The translations under genes and the position numbers were made by a program. The notes under the pieces were generated by a model. It was not told the DNA's origin, did not search any database, and worked only from the letters and a program-made list of their open reading frames with translations. A stretch of 64,000 nt of DNA, taken from assembly GCA_964645485.1 (NCBI GenBank), contig CAZXZO010000007.1, positions 441 through 64,440 of the forward strand. Direction: 5' to 3'. Positions within the stretch are counted from its first letter, which is position 1, and each line of letters opens with the position of its first letter. The stretch comes from an uncultured Candidatus Poseidoniales archaeon. GTDB lineage: Archaea; Thermoplasmatota; Poseidoniia; Poseidoniales; Thalassarchaeaceae. Shown here one piece after another: positions 53,195 to 62,642 of the stretch.

Positions 53195-54010
53195 CTATGG
53201 AGATTCAGGAATTATCCTCGTTCCTAATGTTGTACCATCTGTTACGAGTTCTACAATTCGTTCTGGATGTTCACCGTCAATAATCCAAACATTAGGTACA
53301 TGGGCAGAAATTTTTCCCCCAACACTTAATTTCAGATAAATGCCTCCAGTAACATCAATTTCGGATTTATGTACACCTTCAAATGGTTGGTTGGGTGACC
53401 ACTCAGGAATTAGTTTTGCAGTAGAATCAGTGGGTGGTGAAGACATCAATCCTGGTGCACCTCCCATTGCAAAAAGCATATGGCTCGCTTCTAGTTCTAT
53501 GGCCAGTCTATAGCAAATGTCATCGCCGCTTAAAATACCAAATTCTCTATCATCAGAACATTCGACAACATCTCCATATGTAATGTGAACTAATTCACCA
53601 TTTAAGTTGAAACGATGTAAATCTCCCACAAATTCCTTACCTGTTCCTACAGCCCATTCATGTGGTGGGTGTGAGGATGTAGAAATTCCTAACTTTTGTA
53701 GTTCAATAGAAACTAATTGATTCAGATTTAACATATCCCTTCTCACTGATTGGATAGCCTCATCTTGGGAACTTAGACTATTAGTTGTAGGTAAATCTTC
53801 GTTAATTCTTCCTTTGTGTAGTTTCCAAGTTTTAGCTTTCAGGTGACCATAACTTCCAGCGCCATGAACAATGATTACGCGTAAATTCAATTGGGTTAGT
53901 TGCTCAACTATTTTTGCTAAGTTTCGGATTACATCAATTTTTGGGGTACACAAGTTCTCTTTTTCTGTGATTAACCCGCCGCCAAATTTGATGATGACGG
54001 GCCCTTCCAT
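53195..54010 (-). CDS. ipk: Isopentenyl phosphate kinase (amino-acid-kinase fold)
   Basis: VIIKFGGGLITEK, IIVHGAGSYGH, ILSGDDICYRLA, IDVTGGI. ATG 54010 chosen (the ORF-track TTG is at 54016). Confidence 0.85.
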   Translation of the reverse strand: MEGPVIIKFGGGLITEKENLCTPKIDVIRNLAKIVEQLTQLNLRVIIVHGAGSYGHLKAKTWKLHKGRINEDLPTTNSLSSQDEAIQSVRRDMLNLNQLVSIELQKLGISTSSHPPHEWAVGTGKEFVGDLHRFNLNGELVHITYGDVVECSDDREFGILSGDDICYRLAIELEASHMLFAMGGAPGLMSSPPTDSTAKLIPEWSPNQPFEGVHKSEIDVTGGIYLKLSVGGKISAHVPNVWIIDGEHPERIVELVTDGTTLGTRIIPESP

Positions 54011-54108
54011 AGTCAACCCGAAAGAGCACTCTATGAAGTCAATTGCTATTGGCCTCAGTATAAAATTGACCCACCGCGTTGATTAGGGTAGATATGGTGC
54101 GGTGATTC

Positions 54109-54441
54109 ATGGAAGATGGTGCCACTGTAAACCAACTGCAAAGATATCTGCAGGATCAGTTGGTTGAGGCAGAAGATATATCTAATCTCGAAGAACGGAA
54201 AAAGAGAATATTAATCTTAGAATCATCATTATTTGAGGTGATTAAGTTTCTCAAATCGGTTGAAGAGAGAGAACTCATAGAATCAGTGATTTTTGAAGAA
54301 TCTTCTTCGGTCAGACTAATTTCGTCTTCTGATAAGGGCGACATTGAGAATACTTCTAACTCTGAAGTATGCGTAAAGTGTGATGAACCAAAAAGCGCCG
54401 AGTTTGATTTTTGTCAAGTATGTGGATACCAGAAAAAGTAA
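54109..54441 (+). CDS. Small acidic coiled-coil protein with C-terminal zinc ribbon
   Basis: 110 aa; CVKCDEP...CQVCGY at the C-terminus. No family recognised. Confidence 0.55.
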   Translation: MEDGATVNQLQRYLQDQLVEAEDISNLEERKKRILILESSLFEVIKFLKSVEERELIESVIFEESSSVRLISSSDKGDIENTSNSEVCVKCDEPKSAEFDFCQVCGYQKK

Positions 54442-55125
54442 TTACTCTTCTTCTCCCCATTCATCAAGCATTAGTGCATATTCTGTATTATCATAAGGCA
54501 CGTGTGCACAGAATTGAGCATCAACTATTTCTGTAAGGTAAACCGTTGTCCCAGCATGGTAAACAGTGTAGCCGGATGCTTGCATCTGGATAATATCGAT
54601 TTCGATTATTGCTGGTCGCGAATGGTGAACTGCGCCCGCATTTGCTGCATTTGTGATGGTCTTTGAAAGATGTACCCATTTTCTCCCACCAGGATGAATT
54701 CCACCTTCAAGATGAACATCCAATTCGTCCCTTGAAACAGGGTAAAAGAGTAATTCAGGAATATTGTCTGAAGGTAAGTCAAGTTCAATTTCTACTGTGT
54801 GTGCATAAGTTGCTCTCACATTACCGCCTCGAATTTCGTAACGACCCTTGGGATCTGTATCTACAATCGCTTGGATATGACGGTCCCTTAGCCAATGTTT
54901 GCGCTTATCTTTAGCAGAAATCCCATTAGATAATTCCCTTATACTAACCCAACCATTGATATCCATCTCTAAATCAAATTTTTCTGGAAAATGACGAAGG
55001 ATTCCAGCCATTCTTCTGGCTATCTGGTCTCTTTCCCTTCCATTCATTACGAATTTGCCTTCGCTATTACAGGCTGGACAAAGTTCACCTTCAAAGGTAC
55101 CATGCAGTTCACACTCTCGTAGCAT
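54442..55125 (-). CDS. kptA: RNA 2'-phosphotransferase KptA/Tpt1 with N-terminal zinc knuckle
   Basis: RMAGILRHFPEKFDLEMDINGWVSIREL, GRKWVHLS, and the N-terminal CELHG...CPAC. ATG 55125. Confidence 0.85.
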   Translation of the reverse strand: MLRECELHGTFEGELCPACNSEGKFVMNGRERDQIARRMAGILRHFPEKFDLEMDINGWVSIRELSNGISAKDKRKHWLRDRHIQAIVDTDPKGRYEIRGGNVRATYAHTVEIELDLPSDNIPELLFYPVSRDELDVHLEGGIHPGGRKWVHLSKTITNAANAGAVHHSRPAIIEIDIIQMQASGYTVYHAGTTVYLTEIVDAQFCAHVPYDNTEYALMLDEWGEEE

Positions 55126-55233
55126 CAAGCGGGCCGACTCGCGCCCTATTGATAACCGCGCCGGTTTAGGTGTCTCTGCCTATGTAGGCGTGAATAGGAA
55201 CTCATATGACCCTTGGAGTTACTCAAGGGTTTC

Positions 55234-56262
55234 ATGGCATTCCGGAAGAAGCCTGTGAAGGGAACCAAAGGCTTAGGCGAAGCGAAGGAGAATTTGACCG
55301 CCTTAGATGACGGAGATTGTCCTCGTTGTGGTGGTGGAAGTAGTAGTTCGTCTATTCCTGGTTACCTTGCTTGTGACCGTTGTCAATATGAATGGGCTGA
55401 CCCAAATAGTTCATCATCAGGTGGTAGAAGAGCTCGTGAATCGGTTCGCTCAGAATCCAAATTGATTGAACAGTTCAAAACAGAAATAGAATCAGGAACA
55501 GGATTATCCAGAGTTCTTGGGATTGATGAAAATTTAACCCGAGAACAGGAACAAGGATTAACTCGCCTGCAGGATAAATGGATGGAAGGAATGCAAGGAC
55601 ACTTCAATGTCGCAGAAGAACAGCGCAAACCGTTGATGATCAATTTTGATGAAGATGATAACATTCTCGAGACAGAAGTTGGTAAATTGACTCTAAAGAC
55701 TAACGATTTTGATGGAGGGGAAGAAGTCAGAATTGAATATCCGGGCAAGGGTACTGAATTTTACTTGTTAAATGAAGATTCAAGCACAGGGTGGAGGCGT
55801 GGGAGAACAATAGCAGATACTGCCCGCAATATCGCTTCTGTGATTAATAAAACTAGCAAGTTTGTATATGCTGACAATGTGGATAATGTAGTAACTTTTG
55901 AGTTAAGAGATAACCGACTAAAGGCGTCTTCTTTAGTACTCTATATTGACGACCCGGGTGGCAAAGATATTGTCGCTGAAAAGGACGGTGTGGTACTCGA
56001 CCCGACCGCCGTAGGAATTGAATCGGACTATCAAACCGCAGTAGAACTAGTACTTTCAGATGGGGTGATAACTCCTAGTGAAGACCAACTGCTCTGGGCG
56101 ATGCGGCAACATCTAGGAATTTCGGAAGAAAGACATGTACAGATTGTCATGACCCTGTTTGGTGAAGGGGTTACCAAAGAGTGTACTGGTTGTGGAGAGG
56201 GGGCACCTCTCTATTCAGAACACGCCGCTTGGTATTGTGATGGCTGTGAAATGTGGCTATAA
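55234..56262 (+). CDS. Acidic protein with zinc ribbons at both termini, unknown function (upstream partner of the actin-like gene)
   Basis: N-terminal CPRCGG...CDRCQYEW; C-terminal CTGCGEG...CDGCEMW; the central ~250 aa have no recognised family. ATG 55234. Confidence 0.65.
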   Translation: MAFRKKPVKGTKGLGEAKENLTALDDGDCPRCGGGSSSSSIPGYLACDRCQYEWADPNSSSSGGRRARESVRSESKLIEQFKTEIESGTGLSRVLGIDENLTREQEQGLTRLQDKWMEGMQGHFNVAEEQRKPLMINFDEDDNILETEVGKLTLKTNDFDGGEEVRIEYPGKGTEFYLLNEDSSTGWRRGRTIADTARNIASVINKTSKFVYADNVDNVVTFELRDNRLKASSLVLYIDDPGGKDIVAEKDGVVLDPTAVGIESDYQTAVELVLSDGVITPSEDQLLWAMRQHLGISEERHVQIVMTLFGEGVTKECTGCGEGAPLYSEHAAWYCDGCEMWL

Positions 56263-56292
56263 ATCAAGAGGCTTTGTAAACAATTGTTAGGG

Positions 56293-56304
56293 ATTATTGA
56301 TATA
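56293..56304 (+). promoter_or_regulatory. TATA/BRE-like element ATTATTGATATA upstream of the actin-like gene
   Basis: Identical 12-mer to 25253-25264. Lies 36 nt upstream of ATG 56340, with GGTGA between. Confidence 0.45.
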
Positions 56305-56339
56305 CCGTCCCCTTCGGAGCGTGGACTACGGTGAATACA

Positions 56340-57362
56340 ATGGCGAACGAGACTCTTTACATCGGTGTAGACCTAGGTACGTTTAGGTCAGTCATGGTTT
56401 CAAATGATAAACACGAAGAACAAGTGTTAACAGTTATCGGCACTCCAAAGGATTCGATTGCCAAAAACTTCCTCCGTAGAGATGTTTTATTCGGGGAAGA
56501 AGCTCTGAAAAACAGACTCGCATTGAACCTATACCGACCTCTAGAACATGGAGTGATTAAGGACACACCTGAAGATAAGAAATTCATTGCTCACTTCATT
56601 AATCACATGATGAATTTAGCTGACCCTGAGGAGTATGATAGAGTAGTTGCTGTAATCGGTGCTCCTGCTGAGGCAAGTCACGTTGACAAAACCGCAATTT
56701 TTGATGCTGCTGCTGGAACTGTCAACGCTTGCATGATTATTTCCGAACCTTTCGCAGTTGCTTATGCTCTAGATATGCTTGACCATACAATGGTTGTAGA
56801 TATAGGTGCAGGAACAACTGATATTTGCCGGGTTTACGGCACCATACCAAGGCCGGAAGACCAATTGCACGTAAATCAAGCAGGTGATGCAATTGATGCT
56901 GCTCTGATAGAAGCCATTCAACGCAAATACGTTGGCGCTCAAATCACTAAGGATATGGCAAGACGTTGGAAAGAACAATTTTCATTCACAAATACTTCAC
57001 CGCCAAAAGACCCGGTTGTTGTTGACTTTTCAATTGATGGAAAAGCAATGTCACTTGACATCACAGATTGTATCTCATCTGCTTGTGAATCAATTATCAA
57101 TCCAATTGTTGATAATTTGAAGGCTCTAATTGCAGATTCAAATCCAGAATATCATGATGGCTTCCGACAAAACATCATCCTAGCAGGTGGGGGTTCTGGA
57201 ATCAGAGGCCTAGGAGCCTCAATTGAAGAGAGACTAGCAGATCTAGGTGGCATCACTGTACACATTGTCGAAGACCCTGTCAGATTAGGAGCGATGGGTG
57301 CACTAAGGCTAGCGCAAGAAGTACCAGAAGAATATTGGAAAAACCTAACCCTTTCAGAATAG
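56340..57362 (+). CDS. Actin-fold cytoskeletal ATPase, MamK-family-like
   Basis: LYIGVDLGTFRS (phosphate 1), IISEPFAVAYALD, VVDIGAGTTDICRV (phosphate 2), KEQFSF, NIILAGGGSGIRGL (adenosine), GALRLAQEVPEEYW. These are closer to remembered MamK strings than to MreB. GTG 56331 is an alternative start. Confidence 0.85.
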   Translation: MANETLYIGVDLGTFRSVMVSNDKHEEQVLTVIGTPKDSIAKNFLRRDVLFGEEALKNRLALNLYRPLEHGVIKDTPEDKKFIAHFINHMMNLADPEEYDRVVAVIGAPAEASHVDKTAIFDAAAGTVNACMIISEPFAVAYALDMLDHTMVVDIGAGTTDICRVYGTIPRPEDQLHVNQAGDAIDAALIEAIQRKYVGAQITKDMARRWKEQFSFTNTSPPKDPVVVDFSIDGKAMSLDITDCISSACESIINPIVDNLKALIADSNPEYHDGFRQNIILAGGGSGIRGLGASIEERLADLGGITVHIVEDPVRLGAMGALRLAQEVPEEYWKNLTLSE

Positions 57363-57369
57363 TTAGGTA

Positions 57370-57960
57370 TCATTCCTCTTCGCTTGAGAACTTAGCAACG
57401 ATTTCATCTGAAACTAGTTTTTCTTGGCAATTTGGGCAAAGATCAGACCCACTCAATTCTAAGGGTTTTACTGCTAGAATAGACAAACAATGTGGGCAAG
57501 AAGCCATCATTTCGTTAGTTTCTAGATTAGATGAAGCAAGAATATTGGTCGATTGACCGATATACCAGGCCATAAACATAGGATTTGAAAATGTTGTAAA
57601 TCTCTTTACCATTCCAACTATTATGAAAATCAACATTATTGCCATTATTGCTGACATTATGCTTCCTTGAAGTCCTGAAATCAGGTCTAAGACTGTTATC
57701 AATGAGCATATTAGAATTAAGAAAATCCAATGCATAATCGCCAATCTATAAGCCCAGATTTTTCTCCTTGAAAAGCCAAAATATATTGCCAATCCTGCTG
57801 ATAAAGTAAGTATTGAAGCGAAAGTACCAATTTGTAATAATGTTCCTTCTAAACTCAATGAGAAGGTCAGTAACAAAAAGAAAAACAAGAGAGTTAACCA
57901 AAGGAGAGTGCTAGACATACTACGATGAACACGCTCAATAGTAGCGAGGTCCCTTTCCAT
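57370..57960 (-). CDS. Four-TM membrane protein with C-terminal cytoplasmic zinc ribbon
   Basis: TM-rich core, then CPHC...CPNC and an acidic end. Internal ATG 57960 preferred, because ATG 58035 would sit 3 nt from the divergent coaBC start. Confidence 0.6.
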   Translation of the reverse strand: MERDLATIERVHRSMSSTLLWLTLLFFFLLLTFSLSLEGTLLQIGTFASILTLSAGLAIYFGFSRRKIWAYRLAIMHWIFLILICSLITVLDLISGLQGSIMSAIMAIMLIFIIVGMVKRFTTFSNPMFMAWYIGQSTNILASSNLETNEMMASCPHCLSILAVKPLELSGSDLCPNCQEKLVSDEIVAKFSSEEE

Positions 57961-58038
57961 AACCCTTCCAATTTGTCTAACTAATTCAGTTTGATGGAAC
58001 CGATAGCCGTAAAGGATACCACCAAATCGGACCATCTA

Positions 58039-59247
58039 ATGAGTGAAACTAGTGACATCGGTGTAGATGTCACTTCTGACACCCTACTTGACAAACATGT
58101 GCTAGTTGCCATTAGTGGCGGAATTGCAGTTGTAGATAGTGTGAGGTTGCTTAGGGAACTAAGGCGCCATGGTGCTCAAATCACTGTAGTAATGACTCAC
58201 TCAGCCCAGGAAATGATTTCCCCTTTAGCCATCGAATGGGCAAGCCAATCTCAGATAATAACTGACTGGGATTCAGACATGGCTCAACTTGACTTAGTTG
58301 ATGCAGTTCTAATATGTCCAGCAACTCGTCATACAATCGGTTGTCATATTCACGGAATTTTAGATACCCCGATGCAAATGGCACTAACTGCAGCCCGAGG
58401 TCGGAAAATACCAATGCTGTTTATTCCAAGTATGCATAACTCATTATCAGACGATGAGGTAACCCAAGACCTTTGTTTGGAATTGGAAAAGTTTGGACAT
58501 CACATATTTTGGGGTGAAGAAATAGAGGGGCGCAGAAAACAACCTGATGTAATACAGATAGTGGGCACTCTTTCACATATAATTAACAAAAATCGTGCCA
58601 ACAGGAAGAGAGTTGCACTGACTTTGGGTGCTACCCGAAGCGCAATTGATTCAGTAAGGTGGGTTCAAAACACATCTAGTGGGAAAACAGGATTCGAGAT
58701 TTCAGATTATCTCTATAGAATGGGCCATGAAGTAGTAATTTTCAAGGGAGTTGTAACCACAAATTCCCAGTTAAACCACCAAGATATTAGAGATTGTAAA
58801 GAGCCTGAATCAATGCTTAATCAACTGATTGATTTCAGCCAGAGTGATAATCCTCCAGATGCCTGGATCTTTTCTGCTGCTGTTCTAGACTACACAGTGA
58901 CTAACACCTGGAGTACGAAATTAAGTTCAGGTATGGATAATTTCTCAATAGAATTACAAAAATCGGAGAAGCATATAGACATAATTAGTCAATCATGCAA
59001 GGATGATTTGAAAATTGGATTCAAATTACAATCAGGATTTACTAAGGGTGAATTAATAGAAGCTGCCAAAAATTCGTTAGAACGTAACGGTTTAGATGCA
59101 GTGGTTGCTAACCATTTAGAGAATCGCAATGAGGGGCCAAATCGGGCATTTTGGGTAGATTCAAATGGCACAATAATCGACCTAAAGGACAACTATTCTA
59201 TGGCAAAAGTAATTGATAAGAAATTATCAGAACCTAAAGATGACTGA
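58039..59247 (+). CDS. coaBC: Bifunctional phosphopantothenoylcysteine decarboxylase / phosphopantothenate-cysteine ligase
   Basis: Flavoprotein half HVLVAISGGIAVVDSVRLLRELRRHGAQITVVMTHSA, and CoaB half NTSSGKTGFEI...AAVLDY. ATG 58039. Confidence 0.88.
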   Translation: MSETSDIGVDVTSDTLLDKHVLVAISGGIAVVDSVRLLRELRRHGAQITVVMTHSAQEMISPLAIEWASQSQIITDWDSDMAQLDLVDAVLICPATRHTIGCHIHGILDTPMQMALTAARGRKIPMLFIPSMHNSLSDDEVTQDLCLELEKFGHHIFWGEEIEGRRKQPDVIQIVGTLSHIINKNRANRKRVALTLGATRSAIDSVRWVQNTSSGKTGFEISDYLYRMGHEVVIFKGVVTTNSQLNHQDIRDCKEPESMLNQLIDFSQSDNPPDAWIFSAAVLDYTVTNTWSTKLSSGMDNFSIELQKSEKHIDIISQSCKDDLKIGFKLQSGFTKGELIEAAKNSLERNGLDAVVANHLENRNEGPNRAFWVDSNGTIIDLKDNYSMAKVIDKKLSEPKDD

Positions 59248-59530
59248 ATCGACAATAGCATTTGATAGCCTCGAGCCAATTACTAATTTAGCCGCGTATA
59301 TTGGAATGTTGTGCATTTTGATGGCATTTATTTTAGAAACACGGGGGTACCTCAATAGTCGAGGTTTGCAATATCTAATGTTAATGGCAGTTGGTTCCGC
59401 AATTTTGGGAATTCGTGCTTTACATACTGGGGAATGGGCATTTGTCGTCCTAGAATTAGTTTGGATGCTTGCGGCGGTAATAGCAATTTTTAACCCAACT
59501 CGGCCTTCTAACCCCGATACGGTAGCGTAG
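59240..59530 (+). CDS. Small three-TM membrane protein
   Basis: 96 aa with three hydrophobic helices; ATG overlaps the coaBC stop by 8 nt. Confidence 0.5.
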   Translation: MTESTIAFDSLEPITNLAAYIGMLCILMAFILETRGYLNSRGLQYLMLMAVGSAILGIRALHTGEWAFVVLELVWMLAAVIAIFNPTRPSNPDTVA

Positions 59531-59562
59531 TATTCAAGCCGGATGGGTAGACCGGCGACAAC

Positions 59563-61056
59563 ATGGGTGGCCAAGGTAAAGCGAAGCGGGGAATTCCTGC
59601 CAAGGCTGATTTTAATGCTTGGTACCCAGCAATTGTTGAAATCGCTGACCTAGTTGACAAGAGATATCCAATCAAAGGGATGGATGTTTGGCGCCCATAT
59701 GGCTGGAAGGCAATGAAGTACATTGATGCATTGACTCATGCAGAGATGGAAAGAACTGGCCACGATGAAGTCAACTTTCCTCTTTTGATACCCGAAGACC
59801 TTCTAGAAAAAGAAAATCAACTAGTAGCCCGTTTACAAGCAGCACGTGAGGCAGGAGTTGATGTCAGTGAACTTAGGTTTGATGAGGAAGTAGAAGGATT
59901 TAGCAAAGAAGTCTATTGGGTAAAACATGCAGGAGAGACTGAATTAGATGTTCCAATGTTCCTACGGCCTACTTCGGAGACAGCAATGTACACTTTGTTC
60001 CCGTTATGGATAAGGAGTCACTCCGACTTACCATTGAAGACTTACCAAATTGTCAATACTTTCCGTTATGAGACAAAACAAACTCGAACGTTTATCAGAG
60101 TTAGAGAGATACACTTTTTTGAAGCACACACTGCTCACAAGGATGAGGATGATGCATCTGCTCAAATTCAAGAGGACCTTGAGATTGTAGACAATATAAT
60201 GTCAGACCTATGTCTTCCTGTAATCATTTCCAAACGCCCTGTGTGGGATACTTTCCCAGGGGCGTGGTACACAATTGCAATCGACGTGATAATGCCAAAT
60301 GGACGAACTCTTCAGGTAGCTTCTTGCCATCATTACCGAGACCAGTGGGCTGAGGCTTTTGGTATGACATACGAAGATGTGGATGGAACACACAAAAATT
60401 GTCACCAGACAACTTACGGAATGTCTGAAAGATTGTTAGGAGCGGTTGTTGGCACTCATGGTGATGATAACGGCTTAATTTTCCCCCCAAAATCTGCGCC
60501 TATTCATGTTGTTATGATTCCAGTTGCCGCACATAAAAGTGAGGCGGTTATGGAAACTGTGAATTCTATCACTAGCCAACTAAAATCTGCAGGGTTACGT
60601 GTGCATATTGATGACCGCGATAAAAGAGCAGGCAAGAAATTCTATGACTGGGAAATTAAGGGCGTTCCACTTAGACTAGAGATAGGGCCTAGGGATGTCG
60701 AAAATGGTACAGCATTTGCTGCTAGAAGAACTGGTGGCAAGCAACCAATCAAAATTGATGATATTGTCGAAGAAGTTTCTAATGAATTGGACGCAATAGA
60801 ATCTGAATTAGAATTAAGGACATCCTCAATCATGGATGAAATGGTTGTAAGTTTGATATCTCTAGAGGCTGACATAGAAGAAGGCATAGTCTACGAAATT
60901 GCATTTGATGGAAGTGATGCAGATGCAGAAATTCTTGAAAAATCGACTGGATTAACAATCCTCGGCGAATGTATGACTCCTTATGAGGATGAAAGACCAT
61001 GCATTGTCACTGGCAAAATGACAACTAAGAGAAATCATCTGGCACGAATGTACTGA
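59563..61056 (+). CDS. proS: Proline--tRNA ligase (archaeal/eukaryotic type)
   Basis: LRPTSETAMY, FRYETKQTRTFIRVREIHFFEAH, the anticodon-binding domain, and the C-terminal zinc-domain remnant ending in Y. Confidence 0.95.
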   Translation: MGGQGKAKRGIPAKADFNAWYPAIVEIADLVDKRYPIKGMDVWRPYGWKAMKYIDALTHAEMERTGHDEVNFPLLIPEDLLEKENQLVARLQAAREAGVDVSELRFDEEVEGFSKEVYWVKHAGETELDVPMFLRPTSETAMYTLFPLWIRSHSDLPLKTYQIVNTFRYETKQTRTFIRVREIHFFEAHTAHKDEDDASAQIQEDLEIVDNIMSDLCLPVIISKRPVWDTFPGAWYTIAIDVIMPNGRTLQVASCHHYRDQWAEAFGMTYEDVDGTHKNCHQTTYGMSERLLGAVVGTHGDDNGLIFPPKSAPIHVVMIPVAAHKSEAVMETVNSITSQLKSAGLRVHIDDRDKRAGKKFYDWEIKGVPLRLEIGPRDVENGTAFAARRTGGKQPIKIDDIVEEVSNELDAIESELELRTSSIMDEMVVSLISLEADIEEGIVYEIAFDGSDADAEILEKSTGLTILGECMTPYEDERPCIVTGKMTTKRNHLARMY

Positions 61057-61076
61057 TTGATAATGGGAATACTGTT

Positions 61077-61631
61077 CTACCTTTTCAAGTAGGTCCAGAT
61101 TAATGCAATTATTCCAACCCCAATCACTGCAATATCAGGGATTCCAATACTTCCCTCAAAAAGCGGAGGAGACCAACCCCAACCATCGCTCAGGTTCCCC
61201 ACACTAGCCCAATTCATTCGCGAATGACCATCTGCAGGGCAACCTCCACCTGTGCAATCATTTCCTAAAAAGGAAAATATGCCGAAAAGGTTTGCAACCC
61301 CAGCCGCTAAAATTGTTGAACCTAATGCTAAGCCAGCCTTACTCATCCCCTGAGGTTCTGGGTCGACAGGTGGGGTGGTGGGAGCCTCAAATGGTTTGAT
61401 GTCGGATTCAAAAGGAGGAATCACCTCTATCATTAAATCAGCATCATCGTCCTCTGCAAGACTCTCAGAAAGTGCACGTTTTGATTCGCCTCTGGATAAG
61501 CCCATTTTTTCTAAGAATTCCTCACCGTAAATTCTCTCTGCTAATTTTGCAAGAATTGGGTCTTCCTCCAATGCTTCGGGGCCTAAATCGCCATCTAGCA
61601 ACTTCTTCAATTTATCAGAATCGTTGCTCAT
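61077..61631 (-). CDS. Hypothetical two-TM protein with acidic N-terminal domain and Cys/Gly/Trp-rich external loop
   Basis: 184 aa; TM segments LALGSTILAAGVANLFGIFSF and IAVIGVGIIALIWTY; loop GNDCTGGGCPADGH...GWGWSPP. Confidence 0.5.
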   Translation of the reverse strand: MSNDSDKLKKLLDGDLGPEALEEDPILAKLAERIYGEEFLEKMGLSRGESKRALSESLAEDDDADLMIEVIPPFESDIKPFEAPTTPPVDPEPQGMSKAGLALGSTILAAGVANLFGIFSFLGNDCTGGGCPADGHSRMNWASVGNLSDGWGWSPPLFEGSIGIPDIAVIGVGIIALIWTYLKR

Positions 61632-61706
61632 GGTTAATGCTCCTACCCTTGTGGAAATGCTATGTGTTCATCAAAGCATTGATTGAACGGTTAATCAAAT
61701 AACTAG

Positions 61707-62642
61707 TTACTTACGTTGCATTACTCGCTGTGCTGCAGCAACAATATGGCTCGCACCCATCGAATATTCTTCCAATAATTCGTCCCCATCACCAGATTGT
61801 CCGAAGTGGTCAGATACACCAATTCTTTCTAATGGGCTGGGGCATTTTTCCGATAAATGTTCAGCTACTGCTCCACCAAGGCCACCAATAACAGAATGGT
61901 CTTCAGCAGTGACAAAGCAACCACATTTCTCAGCGAGTTGTGAGATTAGTTTCCCATCAAGTGGTTTTATTGTATGCATATCTACCACAGTTGCGTTTAT
62001 TCCGTTTGCCTCAAGGTTTTGTGCTGCTTCAAGAGCCCTTGAAACCATCACACCACAAGCAATAATGGCTACATCATTGCCTTCAACTAGGATTGAACCT
62101 TTTCCAATTTTTAAATTCGAAGCAGCCTGTTCGTCATAAATAACCGGGGTTTTATTTCTCGCTGTACGGGTGTAGGATGGCGATTTAGTTTGTGCTAATT
62201 GAAGTGTTAATTGTTCTGTACTATTGAAATCACTTGGATGCATAACCACCATATTCGGAAGACTGCGATAAATTGCCAAATCTTCTATAGATTGGGCGGA
62301 AGAACCATCAGTCCCAGTGTGAATTCCTCCGTGACTGCCACAGATATGGACGGGAATATTAGGTCTAGCAATGCCATTTCTGACTTGCTCAAAGGCCCTT
62401 TCTGTAAAAATAGCAAATGTTGATGCAAAGGGTTTGTATCCACTTGTTGCTAAGCCTGCTGATACTAACATCATATTTTGTTCAGCAATACCTAGAGATA
62501 TCGTTCGTTCAGGGAGCAATTTTCTAAAGTTTTGACTTTTAGTTGATTTGCCCAGATCAGCTTCAACAACGATTACTTCTGGATCTGTTGCAAGTTTGAC
62601 AAGAGCGGAGCCATATCCATCTCTAGATGCAACTAAACTCAT
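61707..62642 (-). CDS. Transketolase, C-terminal (pyrimidine-binding) subunit
   Basis: GIAEQNMMLVSAGLA, GSHGGIHTGTDGSSAQSIEDLA, and GGLGGAVAE. 4-nt overlap with the N-terminal subunit gene. Confidence 0.93.
   Translation of the reverse strand: MSLVASRDGYGSALVKLATDPEVIVVEADLGKSTKSQNFRKLLPERTISLGIAEQNMMLVSAGLATSGYKPFASTFAIFTERAFEQVRNGIARPNIPVHICGSHGGIHTGTDGSSAQSIEDLAIYRSLPNMVVMHPSDFNSTEQLTLQLAQTKSPSYTRTARNKTPVIYDEQAASNLKIGKGSILVEGNDVAIIACGVMVSRALEAAQNLEANGINATVVDMHTIKPLDGKLISQLAEKCGCFVTAEDHSVIGGLGGAVAEHLSEKCPSPLERIGVSDHFGQSGDGDELLEEYSMGASHIVAAAQRVMQRK

Noticed and set aside
54442-55125. N-terminal zinc knuckle on KptA, considered as a novel fusion
   Set aside because: From memory, several archaeal Tpt1/KptA proteins start with a similar Cys/His cluster, so this is probably the normal archaeal form. 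I could not verify it without a database search.
57961-58038. ATG 58035 as the start of the 4-TM zinc-ribbon protein and TTG 57991 as the start of coaBC (mutually overlapping divergent genes)
   Set aside because: Those starts would place two divergent start codons 3 nt apart or overlapping, with no promoter space. Internal ATGs at 57960 and 58039 leave a 78-nt divergent spacer and keep all conserved regions. The choice remains uncertain.
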